A stretch of 64,000 nucleotides of DNA from an uncultured Candidatus Rokubacteria bacterium (GCA_963747235.1 CAVVEU010000013.1:288001-352000), one strand, 5' to 3'. Counted from the stretch's first letter, positions 31,468-42,491 are shown. Program-made: numbers and translations. Notes: generated by a model from the sequence alone, not told the origin.

Positions 31468-32709
31468 CTAATCCGGGCCGCGGGTGTTCGGCGCGTCGAG
31501 TCCCAGCGCGGCTTCCCACGCCTGCTGGGTGGCGATCTCCTGCGTCCAGGGGCGCATCAGCGCGCCGGCGCGCGCGTCGCGGGCGTAGCGCTCGAGCGGG
31601 TAACGCTTGAGCAGCCCGCGCCCACCGCAGACGCGGATCGCCTCCTGGGTCACGGTGATCACGGACCGCTGGACGGTCACGTGCGCGGCCCGGGCGCGCT
31701 GCACCACGTCGGCCGAACAGTCCACCCGCGCCTCCGACACGGCGCGGTAGTAGAGCGCGCGCGTTCCCTCCAGGGTGAAGAGCATCTCGGCCACCGCGTG
31801 GCCCTTCACCGCGGCCTCGGTGTGCAGCCCGGGCGAGCCCGCCATCTGGCCGGTCAGGTAGGCGAGGGCGCCGTCGTAGGCGGCCTGCATGAGGCCCAGG
31901 AAGGTCGCGCAGAAGGTCAGCGGCGAGAGCTGGGGGAAGGCGTTGTACATGGCGCCGAACAGGCCCGGCGGCAGCACCTCGCCGTCGTCGGGGACGAAGA
32001 CGTCCTGCAGCACCATGTCGCGGCTGACCGTGCCGCGCATCCCCATCGGATCCCAGTCGCCCGGGAAGGACACGCCCGGCGCGTCCTTCGGGACCTGGAG
32101 GTAGAGCGTGCGCTCGATCCAGGGCTCGTCGCCGAGGCGAATGGCGGGGGTGGCGAAGTAGGGCGCGGAGCCGGCGAGGGAGACGAAGAACTTCCGCCCG
32201 TTGACGACGTAGCCCCCGTCCACCTTGCGGGCGGTGGTGCCGAAGCGGCGCCCGCCCATGCGCAGCGCGGTGTCCGTCTCGCCCTGCTCCACCGGCTCGC
32301 TGTGGGGCTGGCCGTAGAAGACGCCCTCTTCGATCACCTCACGGAACTTCGCGGCGCGGAGCTTCTCGTGCCGCCCGCGCGCCGCCGACGACATCGGCAT
32401 GGCGTCGGCGAGCACGCCCATCATCAGCATGGTGAGGCAGTGCATGTTGAAGGTGAGCGCGGTCGAGGCATTGCCCTGCGCGAGCTGCTCCGCGACCAGG
32501 CAGTAGGTCTCGTAGTCGGCGCCGAGCCCACCGTAGCGCGTGGGGACGCAGAGGCCGAGGAGGCCGGCGGCCCGCAGATCGGCGTAGTCGTCGAACGGGA
32601 AGGACGCCTCGCGATCGTGGCGCTCCGCGCGAGGGGCGAAGCGCTCGCGCGCGAGGCGGCGGGCGGTGGCGATCAGCTCGCTCTGGCGGGCGGAGGGCTG
32701 GAGGTCCAT
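31468..32709 (-). CDS. acyl-CoA dehydrogenase-family flavoprotein
   Basis: FP...LRAAGLL, NGRK.FVS, W..MGMRGTVS, PLERY.RD.R. Confidence 0.88.
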   Translation of the reverse strand: MDLQPSARQSELIATARRLARERFAPRAERHDREASFPFDDYADLRAAGLLGLCVPTRYGGLGADYETYCLVAEQLAQGNASTALTFNMHCLTMLMMGVLADAMPMSSAARGRHEKLRAAKFREVIEEGVFYGQPHSEPVEQGETDTALRMGGRRFGTTARKVDGGYVVNGRKFFVSLAGSAPYFATPAIRLGDEPWIERTLYLQVPKDAPGVSFPGDWDPMGMRGTVSRDMVLQDVFVPDDGEVLPPGLFGAMYNAFPQLSPLTFCATFLGLMQAAYDGALAYLTGQMAGSPGLHTEAAVKGHAVAEMLFTLEGTRALYYRAVSEARVDCSADVVQRARAAHVTVQRSVITVTQEAIRVCGGRGLLKRYPLERYARDARAGALMRPWTQEIATQQAWEAALGLDAPNTRGPD

Positions 32710-32767
32710 GGCCGCCCGCTACTGTAACGCCTCCGGCGCGTTCTCAGTAGCGGGTCGGCCGGCCCGC

Positions 32768-33408
32768 TCACTCTTTCCTCGGGGCCTCTCCGCGGCTCAG
32801 CCGTACGAGGAACTTGGCGAGGTCCCGCGCCATGTCGTCGAACGACTCCTTCAGGTGGTCCTTGCTGTCGCCGCCGAAGAAGCCCATCTGCGCGACCCTC
32901 CGGTCCGCGCGTCCGTGAAGACCATATCGCTCTGGGCCCGCGCCTTGCCGGCGCCGTAGAGGCCGGCGAAGGCGCGCGCGGCCTGGGAGCCCTCGCCGAG
33001 CCGGGTGATTCGTCCGTCGAGGCGGAGGGCCTTCTCCGCGCCCGGCTGCCACGGAGTCTCGGTCAGGTTGACGACGCGCGTGAAGAGGCCGCTCTCGCGC
33101 ATCCGTCGCACCAGCTCGGAGTGGAAGAAGGCCGACATGGAGGCGGCGGTCCGCCGGTCCCCGTCGTCCTTGACCGCGAGATCCGTGACCGGGAAGAGGC
33201 TGATCGCGATGACCGGGTAGGCCTTGAGATCGAAGCCGCCCGCGATGCCGACGAGCCCGGCGTCCTTGTCCTCCACCGTCGGCAGCAGGGTGCCGGCCCC
33301 GGACGGATGGTCGGCCTTCACCTGATAGGCGCCGTAGCAGCCGGCCAGGAGGAGGCACAGGGCGACACCGAGCACTCCACCGGGGACGCCGAACGATGAG
33401 CGCGCCAT
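32768..33408 (-). CDS. DUF4410-like lipoprotein (frame break near 32900)
   Basis: LLAGC lipobox; G.IT....GS.AAR...G.GAG pattern; C-terminus in another frame. Confidence 0.6.
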
Positions 33409-33563
33409 GGGACGGGCCCTCCCTTCCACGCAGCGTGGAGCACGGAACGGGACGGGGGATCTTGAACGCTGCGGGCGGAGCATGGCCGCCGCGGGGCCCG
33501 CGTGTCAACGGATTCCTGCGCTTATACCGTGATCCGTGACCGGTTCGTTGCGGGCTCCGGTCT

Positions 33564-34504
33564 TCAGGGGTCGGCGAGCGCCTTCGCCAGCGCCGTCACG
33601 ACATGCTCCATGTGGGCGATGTAGTCGGCGGTGCCGGGCACCGCGCCGGGAGACTGCGGGATCACCACGAGCTTGGCTCCGGCCAGTCGGGCCACCGCGG
33701 CGGCGCTCTCGGGGGGATACCAGCTCTCGAGCACGACCACGCGCGCGCCCTGCTCCTTCATCCGTCGGACGAGGCTCGTGAGGTGCTGCGGGGTCGGAGG
33801 GACACCGGGGCGGTCCTCGATGACGCCGAGCTCGATGAGGCCGTACGCGCGGTAGAAGTACGGCCAGCTATCGTGGTAGCTCACCACCCGCGCGCCGCGG
33901 TACGGCGCCAGCAGCTCACGCCAGCGCTGGAACCGGCTCTCGACGCGGGCGAGGAACTCGCGCCGGTTGGCGTCGAGCTTCGGGGCGAGATCCGGCCGCA
34001 GGCGAGCGAGGCCGTCGGCGATGGACGCGGTCACGGTGGGCATCGTGCCGGGGTCGAGGGTGAAGTGCGGATTGCCGGACGGGTGCACGTCGCCGAGCGA
34101 CCGGTCCACGCGGCCGGACGGGATCTTGAGGAGGTCGAGGCCCTGGGAGGCCTCGATCACGCTCGCCGAGCCGCGGAGCAGGCGCGGGTTGCCGCTGCTC
34201 TCGACGATCGGGTCGATCCAGGCGTCCTCCTCGAGACCGTTGCGCACCAGGATCTCGGCCCGCTTGACGAGCAGGATCTGGCTCGGCCGGATCTCGAGGT
34301 CGTGGGGATTCTGGCCGGGGCGGGTCGCGACCTCGACGCGGCCCAGGTCGCCCACGAGGGCGCGCGTGATGGACCAGAGATCGGGCAGGGTGGTGAGCAC
34401 GCGCAGGGCAGGCTCGGCGGCCGGCCCGGACGCCGGGGGGGCGGCGAGAAGGCCCGCGAGCAACGCGATGATGGAGATGAGGCGCAGGGGCGGCGCGGGG
34501 ACAT
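33564..34504 (-). CDS. metal (Zn/Mn/Ni/Co) ABC substrate-binding protein, ZnuA family
   Basis: NPH, NGLEE..W, DVHP.GNPH..LDP, YHDSW.YF, PPTPQHL; ATG 34504 overlaps porin stop but needs a 1-nt shift in the signal peptide. Confidence 0.9.
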
Positions 34505-35931
34505 CAGAAGCGCTCCGTCGGGTGGGCCCCGAGGATGAACGTGCCCTGCAGGAAGAACTCGTTCGCGACGCGCTCCACCGCGCCGGTCCCTTCGGTGTGC
34601 TTGTACTGGGCGCGGAAGCGAAGGAACTCGGACGGCTTGAACTGGAGATAGGGCGAGACGGCCCACTCGCGCCCGCGCTCCACCGCGAGCTCGGTCCAGT
34701 CCCCGCGCACGCCGAAGGCCCAGCGGCGGGTGAGATCGAGCTGCCCGTAGAGGTAGGCGCCCCAGCGGTCGAAGCGCCGGTCCCGCGGGGGCGTGGTGTC
34801 GTCGCCGTCCGTCGTCACCGTGCGCATGGCGTAGAGCGCCTCGCCCGCGATGGTGAAGAGGGGGAAGCCCGAGCCGGGGGCCGCCCACTTGTACTTGGCT
34901 CCCAGGCCGAGGATCGTGGTGCGATGCGCGTCGGTGGCGATGCCGCTCGCCGCCGACAGGTCGATCTGCAGGCCGCCGTGCTCCTCGAGCTCGAGGAATG
35001 TCCGCCAGCGGCCGATGACCAGCGGATCCCGCAGGCTGCCGCGGCCGAACGCCACCTCGTTGTCGCCGTCGAAGACGCCGATCGACAGCTCGTTGTAGAC
35101 CGGCAGCGGCAGCACCCAGAAGGCCTCGACGCCCTTCTCGCCCTCGAGCTGCTCTTCGCCGAAGAAGCGGCTCAGCACGTTCGGCCGATCGATCTGCGGC
35201 AGGTCGTCCTGGTGCACGATGTTCAGCGTGCCGAAGCGGGGCCGCATGACGCCGAGGCGCGCGGTGGTGCCGAGGGGCAGGCTCAGCAGGGTCAGGTTCG
35301 CCTCGTCCACCTCCACGCTGAGGCTCCGGTCGGACGGCTCGAGGCCGGCCGCCTCCTCGCCGGCGGAGAGCCGGACGACCGCGCTGGCATACGGGTCGAC
35401 CCGGCCGAACAGGCCCAGCTCGACTTCCCGCGGGAAGAAGCGGTTCTCGCGCCCGGCGAACGTGCCGTCGCGTCGGCGCTCGCGACTCCGGGAGGTGAAG
35501 TCGGTGACGAAGTCCCCGCTGACCCCGATGTCGAAGAGGAGCGTGCGTCCCGGCTGGGCCAGGGCGAACGGCTGGCGCGGGGCCAGCATCTCGCGCAGGG
35601 ATGGCTCGCCACCGGCCGGGGCGGGGCTGGCGGCGGTGACGGGGACGGTTGCCGCGGGAGTCGGCGCCCCGGCGGACCCGGCCGGCGCCGCCGCGGAGCT
35701 CGGCGCCGGGGTCGCGGTGCGTCGCTGGCCCTCGAGCTGCTCGAGACGGTCGGTCAAGTCGCGCAGGCGCGTCTCGTACTGCTCGCGGATCGAGTCGAGC
35801 TGGCGGCGTACCGCGGTGAGCTCCTGGCGGACCGCGTCCACGTCCTGGGCGTGGGCGGGGCCCGGCAGCGACGTGCCCAGCGACAGCAGCAAGAGCGGGA
35901 GCGGCCAGAAGCCGGCCGTGTGCATGCGCAT
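34504..35931 (-). CDS. outer-membrane porin-like protein typical of metal-uptake loci
   Basis: Signal peptide, coiled coil, REVEL...VDPY, EA.LT..LP, FG..N..H..DLPQ.DRP, SEFLR.R.QY, GAHP..F C-terminus. Confidence 0.8.
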   Translation of the reverse strand: MRMHTAGFWPLPLLLLSLGTSLPGPAHAQDVDAVRQELTAVRRQLDSIREQYETRLRDLTDRLEQLEGQRRTATPAPSSAAAPAGSAGAPTPAATVPVTAASPAPAGGEPSLREMLAPRQPFALAQPGRTLLFDIGVSGDFVTDFTSRSRERRRDGTFAGRENRFFPREVELGLFGRVDPYASAVVRLSAGEEAAGLEPSDRSLSVEVDEANLTLLSLPLGTTARLGVMRPRFGTLNIVHQDDLPQIDRPNVLSRFFGEEQLEGEKGVEAFWVLPLPVYNELSIGVFDGDNEVAFGRGSLRDPLVIGRWRTFLELEEHGGLQIDLSAASGIATDAHRTTILGLGAKYKWAAPGSGFPLFTIAGEALYAMRTVTTDGDDTTPPRDRRFDRWGAYLYGQLDLTRRWAFGVRGDWTELAVERGREWAVSPYLQFKPSEFLRFRAQYKHTEGTGAVERVANEFFLQGTFILGAHPTERF

Positions 35932-36007
35932 GGATGCCCTCCGGAAGCGGAGCGTGAGCTGCCGACGCGGTCCGGGGGGACCGCCGGTTCACGATCAGCG
36001 GGCGCGG

Positions 36008-36289
36008 TCAGGCCGGGGGCGGAGCGCGGGGGGAATCGGGTGATGCCGGGGCCGCGGGCGCGGAGAAGGCCGGGGCCACGTCGTGCCGCTCCCGCGCCGG
36101 GTCGGCCGGCCGCGCATGGCGGGCCAGCGCGGTGGGCACCGCGACGGAGTGGGCATCCTGCTGGAGCGGGCAATCGGGGCTGCAGAATCCGGGGACGCTC
36201 CGGTCCTCGTCGAGCGCGGGCGGAACGCCCGCGACGCCGAGGGCGAGAGCGACGAGCAACAGGAGCGCGGCCCGAGCAAGCGGGTGCAT
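36008..36289 (-). CDS. DUF2946/CruR-like leader protein with signal peptide, CxxxC and C-terminal RAPP motif
   Basis: MHPLARAALLLLVALALGVAG...FCSPDCPLQQDAH...DSPRAPPPA*. Confidence 0.7.
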   Translation of the reverse strand: MHPLARAALLLLVALALGVAGVPPALDEDRSVPGFCSPDCPLQQDAHSVAVPTALARHARPADPARERHDVAPAFSAPAAPASPDSPRAPPPA

Positions 36290-36454
36290 CGGCCGGGCGA
36301 TAGTGGAGGAAGAGGGGCGGCCGGTCAAGAGGCCGCGTGACGCCGCGCGGCAAGCGGGATGCTTGACCTTTGTCCGCGGGCTGCTCTAGGATGCCCCCGC
36401 GTCGTCACGGTGACGCGCGGCGTGCCCTCTCACTGACGAGAAGGAGTCTCGGCC

Positions 36455-37473
36455 ATGAAGCCAAGAGCGATCGTAGCGGTGGGTGCGGCCCTGATGGTCC
36501 TTGCCCTCGGTTCCTCGGCGTTCGCCCAGACCGACTGCAAGACCCTCATGCCGCCGTCGCCCTGGGGCCCGAACGATCAGACGGGCGCCACGAACCGCAT
36601 CACCCCGGCCGTGACGAAGGCCGCCGCCGCCGAGATCAAGGACGGCAAGGTCATCGCGATGTCCTACCCGCTGACCGACGGCATCCCGCTCTTCGGCAGC
36701 CGCTTCACCAAGACGATCCTGACCGCCACGACGCTCGCGCCCGGCGCCGCGCTCGGCGAGAACCAGCTCACCTACATGGAAGACACCTGGCTCAGCCAGA
36801 GCCACGTGGGCACGCACCTGGACGGGCTCGGGCACATCGGACGGAAGGATTGCTACTTCAACCAGACGCCGATGGGCAAGTACATCACCCAGAACAACAT
36901 GACCCGGCTCGGCATCGAGAACCTCAAGCCCTTCGCGACCCGGGGCGTGCTCGTGGACATGGTCAAGGTGTACCAGCAGGCCAACAAGTTCAAGGGCAAC
37001 GCCGCGTGCAAGAAGCCGTGCCTCGAGAAGGGCACGGTGATCACCGCCGCCGACATCCAGGCCGGGCTCAAGATGTACAACGTGACCCTGCGCGAGGGCG
37101 ACATCGTGATCATCCACACCGGCTGGGGCGATCTCTTCGAGCAGTTCCCGGCCCAGAACGCGCTCTACAACTCGGGCGAGCCGGGCATCGGCAAGGACGC
37201 GGCGACGTGGCTCATCTCGCAGAAGGTCGTCGCGGTCGGCAACGACACGTGGGGCGGTCGAGGTCATCCCGGGCGAGAACCCGAAGGAGGCCTTCATCGT
37301 CCACAACATGCTCCTCACCGACAACGGCATCCACATCATCGAGAACGTGCGCACGGACCTGATGGCGGCCGAGGCCGCCGCGACGCGGCCGGGCCACGTT
37401 CTTCTTCAGCATGACGGTGCCGAAGGGCGTCGGCATGACCGGCAACTTCGTCGGCATCGAGGGGATCCGCTAG
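36455..37473 (+). CDS. secreted cyclase-family (kynurenine formamidase-like) hydrolase; frameshifts near 37255-37460
   Basis: Signal peptide, WGP.DQ.GA.N, HVGTHLDG, RGVLVD, HTGW, PGIG, G.HIIEN. Confidence 0.85.
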
Positions 37474-37496
37474 TCTCCGAGGTCGGTCCCGCTCTC

Positions 37497-38546
37497 GTGA
37501 CGCATCGGGCGCCGGCGTCCTCTCCACGGGGACGCCGGCGCTCGTGTCTCCAGCGCTGGACGGCGGCCGTCGCTCGGCGCGGTGATGCCTCACGGCGGGC
37601 TCGCTCCCGCCGCCGCCCAGCGGACGTACGTCGTGGCGTTCGCGAACTTCACGGACGAGCCGGGGGTGACGATCGAGGGGACGGGCTTCACCGGGCGCGA
37701 GATCCGGGAGAGCTTCGTGCTCGCCTCTCGGGTCCATCCGGTCGAGATGGTCTACTACGACAACCAGCGGGACGACGCGCGCGCCCTCGCCAACGCGGAG
37801 GCCGCGATCGCCCGCAAGGTGGATCTCTACATCCAGTACCATCGCGGGCGCCGCCAGCGCGGCGGTGGGCGAGAAGCTCCGGGCGGCCGGGATCAAGGTC
37901 CTCGCGCTGAACTACCCGTTCCCGGACGCGCCGCTCTACACCGCCGACAACCTCGCCGCCGGTCGGATCGCGGGCGAGGCGCTGGCCCAGTTCGCCTGCG
38001 CGCCTGGCGCGCCCAGCCGATGGCGGCGGCGGTCGTCGGCAATGTCAGCGCGGCCGAGGACCGGGTGCCGGAGCGGGTACAGGGCGTGACCCAGGCCCTG
38101 GGGCAGTCTGCTTCCGGCGGTGCGGGTCGACCACACTCGACACGAAGGGCAACCCGGCCCAGGTCGCGCCGCTGCTGGGGAAGTTCATCGCCGCGCATCC
38201 GACCGGCAAGCTGCTCCTGGCCGCCACCGACGACGCGACCGCGCTGGCGCTGAAGGCCGCGGTCGAGAGCGCCGGACGCGTCCACGACACCGCGATCGTG
38301 AGCCACGGCGTGGACCGGAGCATCCACGGCGGCATGAACGATCGCAAGGAGATCGATCCGAGCAACCGGGGCAGCATCCTCGTCGGCTCGGTCGCGTTCT
38401 TCCTCGATCGCTACGGGTACGAGGTGCTGCCGCTCGCGATGCGGATGCTGCGGGGGGAGGCGGTGCCGCCGCGCGTGACCACCCGGCACGTGCTCGTCAC
38501 CGCGGCGAATGTCTTCGTCGAGTATCCGCCCTACGACATGAACTGA
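37497..38546 (+). CDS. type I periplasmic (sugar-type) binding protein, several frameshifts; start uncertain
   Basis: YDNQ.D...ALANA, ADN..AGRIAGE.L, A.DD.TA, SVAFF...YG in successive frames. Confidence 0.7.
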
Positions 38547-38553
38547 GGGCAGG

Positions 38554-39802
38554 TCAGCGGGGGGGGCGCGGCGATGAAGAGCCCTTCGGGCCCTTCGCCG
38601 GTGGCGGTGGGGGCCACCGCGAAGGTCACGTGGCCGGGGGCGCTCACGCTGACCACCGGATAGAGCGTGAGGGTCGTGATGCGGTCGCCACCCGGCAAGG
38701 CGTCACCGATCGCGACGACCTGCGCGAGGCCGGCGCCGTCGGCGATCAGGATCGCCATCGGGCTCGGTCCGCCCTCGATGGAGGCGGCGAAGGCGATGGC
38801 GCCGCGCGGGCTGACCGCGGGCCACAGGCCGAAGTGCTCGATGGTCCCGCCGCCGGGCGCGGCGTCGCCCAGGCGCGAGACGGCGCGCGCGCGGCCGTCC
38901 TCGATCGCGAAGATCGCCGCCGCGACCGGAGCGAACTTGAGCATGCCGTGGAAGGCGATGACGCCCGCGTCGTTGAAGCCGATGCGCTCCGAGAACTTGG
39001 CGAAGATGCCGCCGAGGGGCGTCTCCTCTCCGGCGCCCACCACCATCTGGATCCGCTCGCCGCGCGCGACGAAGAGGCCGCCGGGCACCGCCTTGCCGTC
39101 GACGACCGCGGCGAAGGCCACCGCGCCGCGCGCGTTGATCACCGGAGGCCCGAACGCGGCGAAGGTGCCGCCCGGCGGGCGCGGGATCGCCCTGGGCCAC
39201 GACCTTGCGCAGGGTGCCGCCCGCGCTGAGGAGAATCGCGTCGAGCGGACTCGCGGCCCCGACGGATCGTCGCGAGGAACACGATGTCGCCGCGGGCGTT
39301 GACGGCGGGCGAGTCGAGCCCCGCGAGCACGCTCGACGGCATGCCCGGGGCCGCGGTGCCGGTGAGGGCGACCGGGCGGAGGCGGCCGGCGGACCAGGAG
39401 AAGATGCCCTCCACCGCCTTGCCGCCTGCCATCGCGGCCGCGAAGGCCACGAGGCCGCCGTCGCTCAAGGCCGGGGTCGGGTGCTTGCCGAACCCGAGAG
39501 GCGCCCGATGCCGGGCACCCGGTCGCCTTCCCGGGCCACCGCGAGGATCCGCTCGCCGCGCCGGAGGAAGATGCCTTCGTCGGCCGTCGCCCCGGACGAG
39601 CCGCGCGAAGAACGCGACCTCGCCGCGGGCGTTGACCGGGGCGATCACCGGGAAGGTTCTCCTGGCCGAACCGGTCGAAGGTGCCGCCGCCCGGCGCGGC
39701 GTCACCGACACGGGCGACCACGCGGAGCGTCGGAGCATCGGCGCCCTGGGCGGAGAGCGCGAAGGCGGACGCGACGAGCGCCAGGAGCGCGACACCGAGC
39801 AT
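38554..39802 (-). CDS. secreted NxxGxxAF tandem-repeat (beta-propeller-like) protein, frameshifted
   Basis: Repeats PVNARGEVAF, AVNARGDIVF, VINARGAVAF, FNDAGVIAF, GDAAPGGGTF. Confidence 0.7.
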
Positions 39803-39861
39803 CGACCAGGACTGGCGGGCGGCATACGCAGGGAGTATAGGAAGGTCGGGATGGCGCCGCA

Positions 39862-40103
39862 ATGAGCGCCTCGAGTCGCGGGATCGTGATCGGTCTCGGG
39901 CTGCTCGCGATCGCCGCGCGATCGCGGCCGCCGCCGAGGCGCCGGCCACGAGGGGGGCGTGCTACTGCCGGGCCGGCGCGGCGCTCCATTGCACCGCGGA
40001 TCTCAGCGAGCCGGACTGCCGCCGGCAGTGTGACGAGGCGCTGTGCGACGACTGGTTCTGGAAGGAACGACTGCCCTGCTGGAACTGGGGCTACGGAGGC
40101 TGA
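39862..40103 (+). CDS. small secreted Cys/Trp-rich protein (frameshift near 39920)
   Basis: Signal-like MSASSRGIVIGLGLLAIAA then ACYCR...HC...DCRRQC...LCDDWFWKERLPCWNWGYGG. Confidence 0.5.
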
Positions 40104-40117
40104 TATCCTGTAGCCGC

Positions 40118-40848
40118 ATGTCGCGCTACTACTGCCACGAGTATCCCGACGTCCTCGTGCTCTCGAGACCCGCGTGGTGGACGCGCGGCCCGGGGCGGTG
40201 CTGCTCGAGCAGAGCCCGTTCCACCCGGGCGGCGGCGGCCAGCTCGCCGACCGCGGGCTCGTGCGCTGGAACGGCGGCGCGGTGCGGGTGATCGGCATCG
40301 AGGCCGTGGGCGGACGCTACTGGCATCTGCTGGCCGAGCCCGTGGAGATGGCCGGCCCGGTGGAGGCGGTGGTGGATGCCGAGTTCCGCTCCATGATGGC
40401 GCAGCTCCACACCGACACCCACATCCTGAACGCGCTCGTCTTCCGCCAGTTCCAGGGGGCGCTGGTGACGGGCGCGCAGCTCAACGAGGACGGTACCGCG
40501 CGCATGGATTTCGACCTGCCGGAGGCCGACAACGACCGCCTCCGCGCGCTCGAGCCCGAGATCAACGACGTCATCCGCCAGGATCTGCCGGTCCGCTACG
40601 CCTACGTCGGCGAGGCCGACGCGCTGGCCGAGCGGGGCCTCGTCCGGAACCGGTCGGTGGCGCCGCCTCCCACCGAGGACGGCACGATCCGCGTGGTCGA
40701 GATCGTGGGGCTCGATCGCCAGGCCTGCGGCGGGACCCACCTGGCCTCGACGGCGGGCTCCCGTCCGCTGCGGATCCTCAAGATCGACAACAAGGGCCGG
40801 CACAACCGGCGGATCAAGATCGGGCTCGCGGGCGAGACCCCGCGATGA
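40118..40848 (+). CDS. alaX: AlaX alanyl-tRNA editing protein (frameshift near 40165)
   Basis: FHPGGGGQLAD.G, H...H (LHTDTH), RMDF, QACGGTH. Confidence 0.88.
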
Positions 40849-40854
40849 GACGGG

Positions 40855-41235
40855 TCAGGCGGGGCCGAAGCCGATGACGGTCTGGCTGTCGATCTGCACG
40901 GGGCGAAAGCGCACGGGCAGGCCGGCCGTGAGCGTCTCGAACGGGATGTCCACGATGCGGCCGAGCACGGACACCCCCTCCTCCAGCCGGACCACCGCGA
41001 CCGCGTAGGGCACCTCGCCGCCCCGCCCTCGGGGCGCGACGCGGATGACCGTGTGCGACACGATGGTGCCGCCCCCGGCGAGCGGCACCGGCTGCCAGTC
41101 GCGCTCCTGGCAGCTCGCGCAGAACTCCTTCGGCGGGATGGCCAGCTCCCCGCAGCGGCCGCAGCGGATGCCGGTGAGCCGGCCCGCGCGCGCCTCCTCG
41201 AAGAAGCCCTTCAGGTTGATCACACGCTCAGTCAC
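40855..41235 (-). CDS. DUF35 Zn-ribbon/OB-fold protein
   Basis: CxxC...PP...CxxC, G.IVSHTV, PY.VA.V.LEEG. Confidence 0.9.
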   Translation of the reverse strand: MTERVINLKGFFEEARAGRLTGIRCGRCGELAIPPKEFCASCQERDWQPVPLAGGGTIVSHTVIRVAPRGRGGEVPYAVAVVRLEEGVSVLGRIVDIPFETLTAGLPVRFRPVQIDSQTVIGFGPA

Positions 41236-42382
41236 GGCCGAACAGGCTCACGACGACCGTCGCGGTATTGCCGCCGAGCGTATGGGTCAGGCCGGTGCGG
41301 GCGCCGTCCACCTGACGCCGGTCCGCCTCGCCCCGGAGCTGCGTGACGATCTCCGCGATCTGGGCGGCCCCGGTGGCGCCGATCGGGTGGCCCTTGGCCT
41401 TGAGCCCGCCCGACGGATTCACCGGGAGCTTGCCGCCGAGGCTCGTCCAGCCCTTCTCGGCGGCCAGGCCGCCGGTGCCGGGCTCGAAGAAGCCGAGGCC
41501 CTCGGTGGCCACGATCTCGGCGATCGTGAAGCAGTCGTGCAGCTCCACCACGTCCACGTCGGTGGGCGTCTTGCCGGCCTGGCGATACGCGCCCTGGGCG
41601 GCGCGCTCGGTGGCGGTCACGCGGGAGAGATCGCGCTTCTCGTGCACGAACATGGTGTCGGTGGCCGCGTGCGAGCCCAGCACCCAGATCGGGCGCCGGT
41701 GCCGCCGGGCCACCTCCTCGGAGGCGAGCACGAGGGCCGCGCCCCCGTCGGTGAACGGGCAGCAGTCGAAGAGCTTGAGCGGGTCGGCCACGTACGCGCT
41801 CTTGAGCACCGTCTCGAGGGTGATCTCCTTCTGGAACTGCGCCTTGGGGTTCAGCACCCCGTGGCGATGGTTCTTGACCGCCACGTGGGCCATCTGCTCC
41901 TCGGTGGTGCCGTACTTGTCCATGTGCGCGCGCGCGATCAGCGCGAACACGCCGGGGAAGGTGAGGCCGGCGGGCTGCTCGAGGGAGGCGTCGGAGCAGT
42001 AGGCGAAGAACTCGGTGGCGGATTCGGTCGGCACGTTCAGCACGCGCTCGGCGCCGCCTACCAGGATCACGTCCGAGACACCGCTCGCGATCTCCATCAC
42101 CGCGTGGCGGAAGGCCACGTGGCTGGTCGCGCAGGCGTTCTCGAAGCGGGTGGTGGGGACGGTGGGGAGCCCGAGGAGGGTGGCGGCCAGCGGGCCCATG
42201 TGGAGCTGGCGCTCGGTCTCGCCTCCGGTCACGTTGCCGAAGTACAGCGCCTGGATGGCGCGCGGAGCGATCCCGGCGTCGGTGATGGCGTCGGCGGCGG
42301 CCGCCGCGAACAGCTCGGCGCTGGTCCGATCGTGCTTGCCAAACTTGGTGACACCCACTCCGATCACGGCGACGCGGCGCAT
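41228..42382 (-). CDS. thiolase (SCP-x/archaeal type)
   Basis: ENACAT, DCCP.TDG.AA, ELHDCF, NPSGGL.AKGHP.GATG. Confidence 0.92.
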   Translation of the reverse strand: MRRVAVIGVGVTKFGKHDRTSAELFAAAAADAITDAGIAPRAIQALYFGNVTGGETERQLHMGPLAATLLGLPTVPTTRFENACATSHVAFRHAVMEIASGVSDVILVGGAERVLNVPTESATEFFAYCSDASLEQPAGLTFPGVFALIARAHMDKYGTTEEQMAHVAVKNHRHGVLNPKAQFQKEITLETVLKSAYVADPLKLFDCCPFTDGGAALVLASEEVARRHRRPIWVLGSHAATDTMFVHEKRDLSRVTATERAAQGAYRQAGKTPTDVDVVELHDCFTIAEIVATEGLGFFEPGTGGLAAEKGWTSLGGKLPVNPSGGLKAKGHPIGATGAAQIAEIVTQLRGEADRRQVDGARTGLTHTLGGNTATVVVSLFGRD

Positions 42383-42491
42383 GAGGTCTCCTGAGCCCGC
42401 TGAAAGTATTGACGTTCCTGTATCCGGCATCATACCGCGCCGCCTCGCCAAATGATCGTGAAAGCCCGGACCGCGTGATACGGTGTGCCGC

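Noticed and set aside
31291-33500. Integrative element at tRNA-Gly
   Set aside because: No integrase, no duplicated tRNA 3' end noticed, no compositional shift
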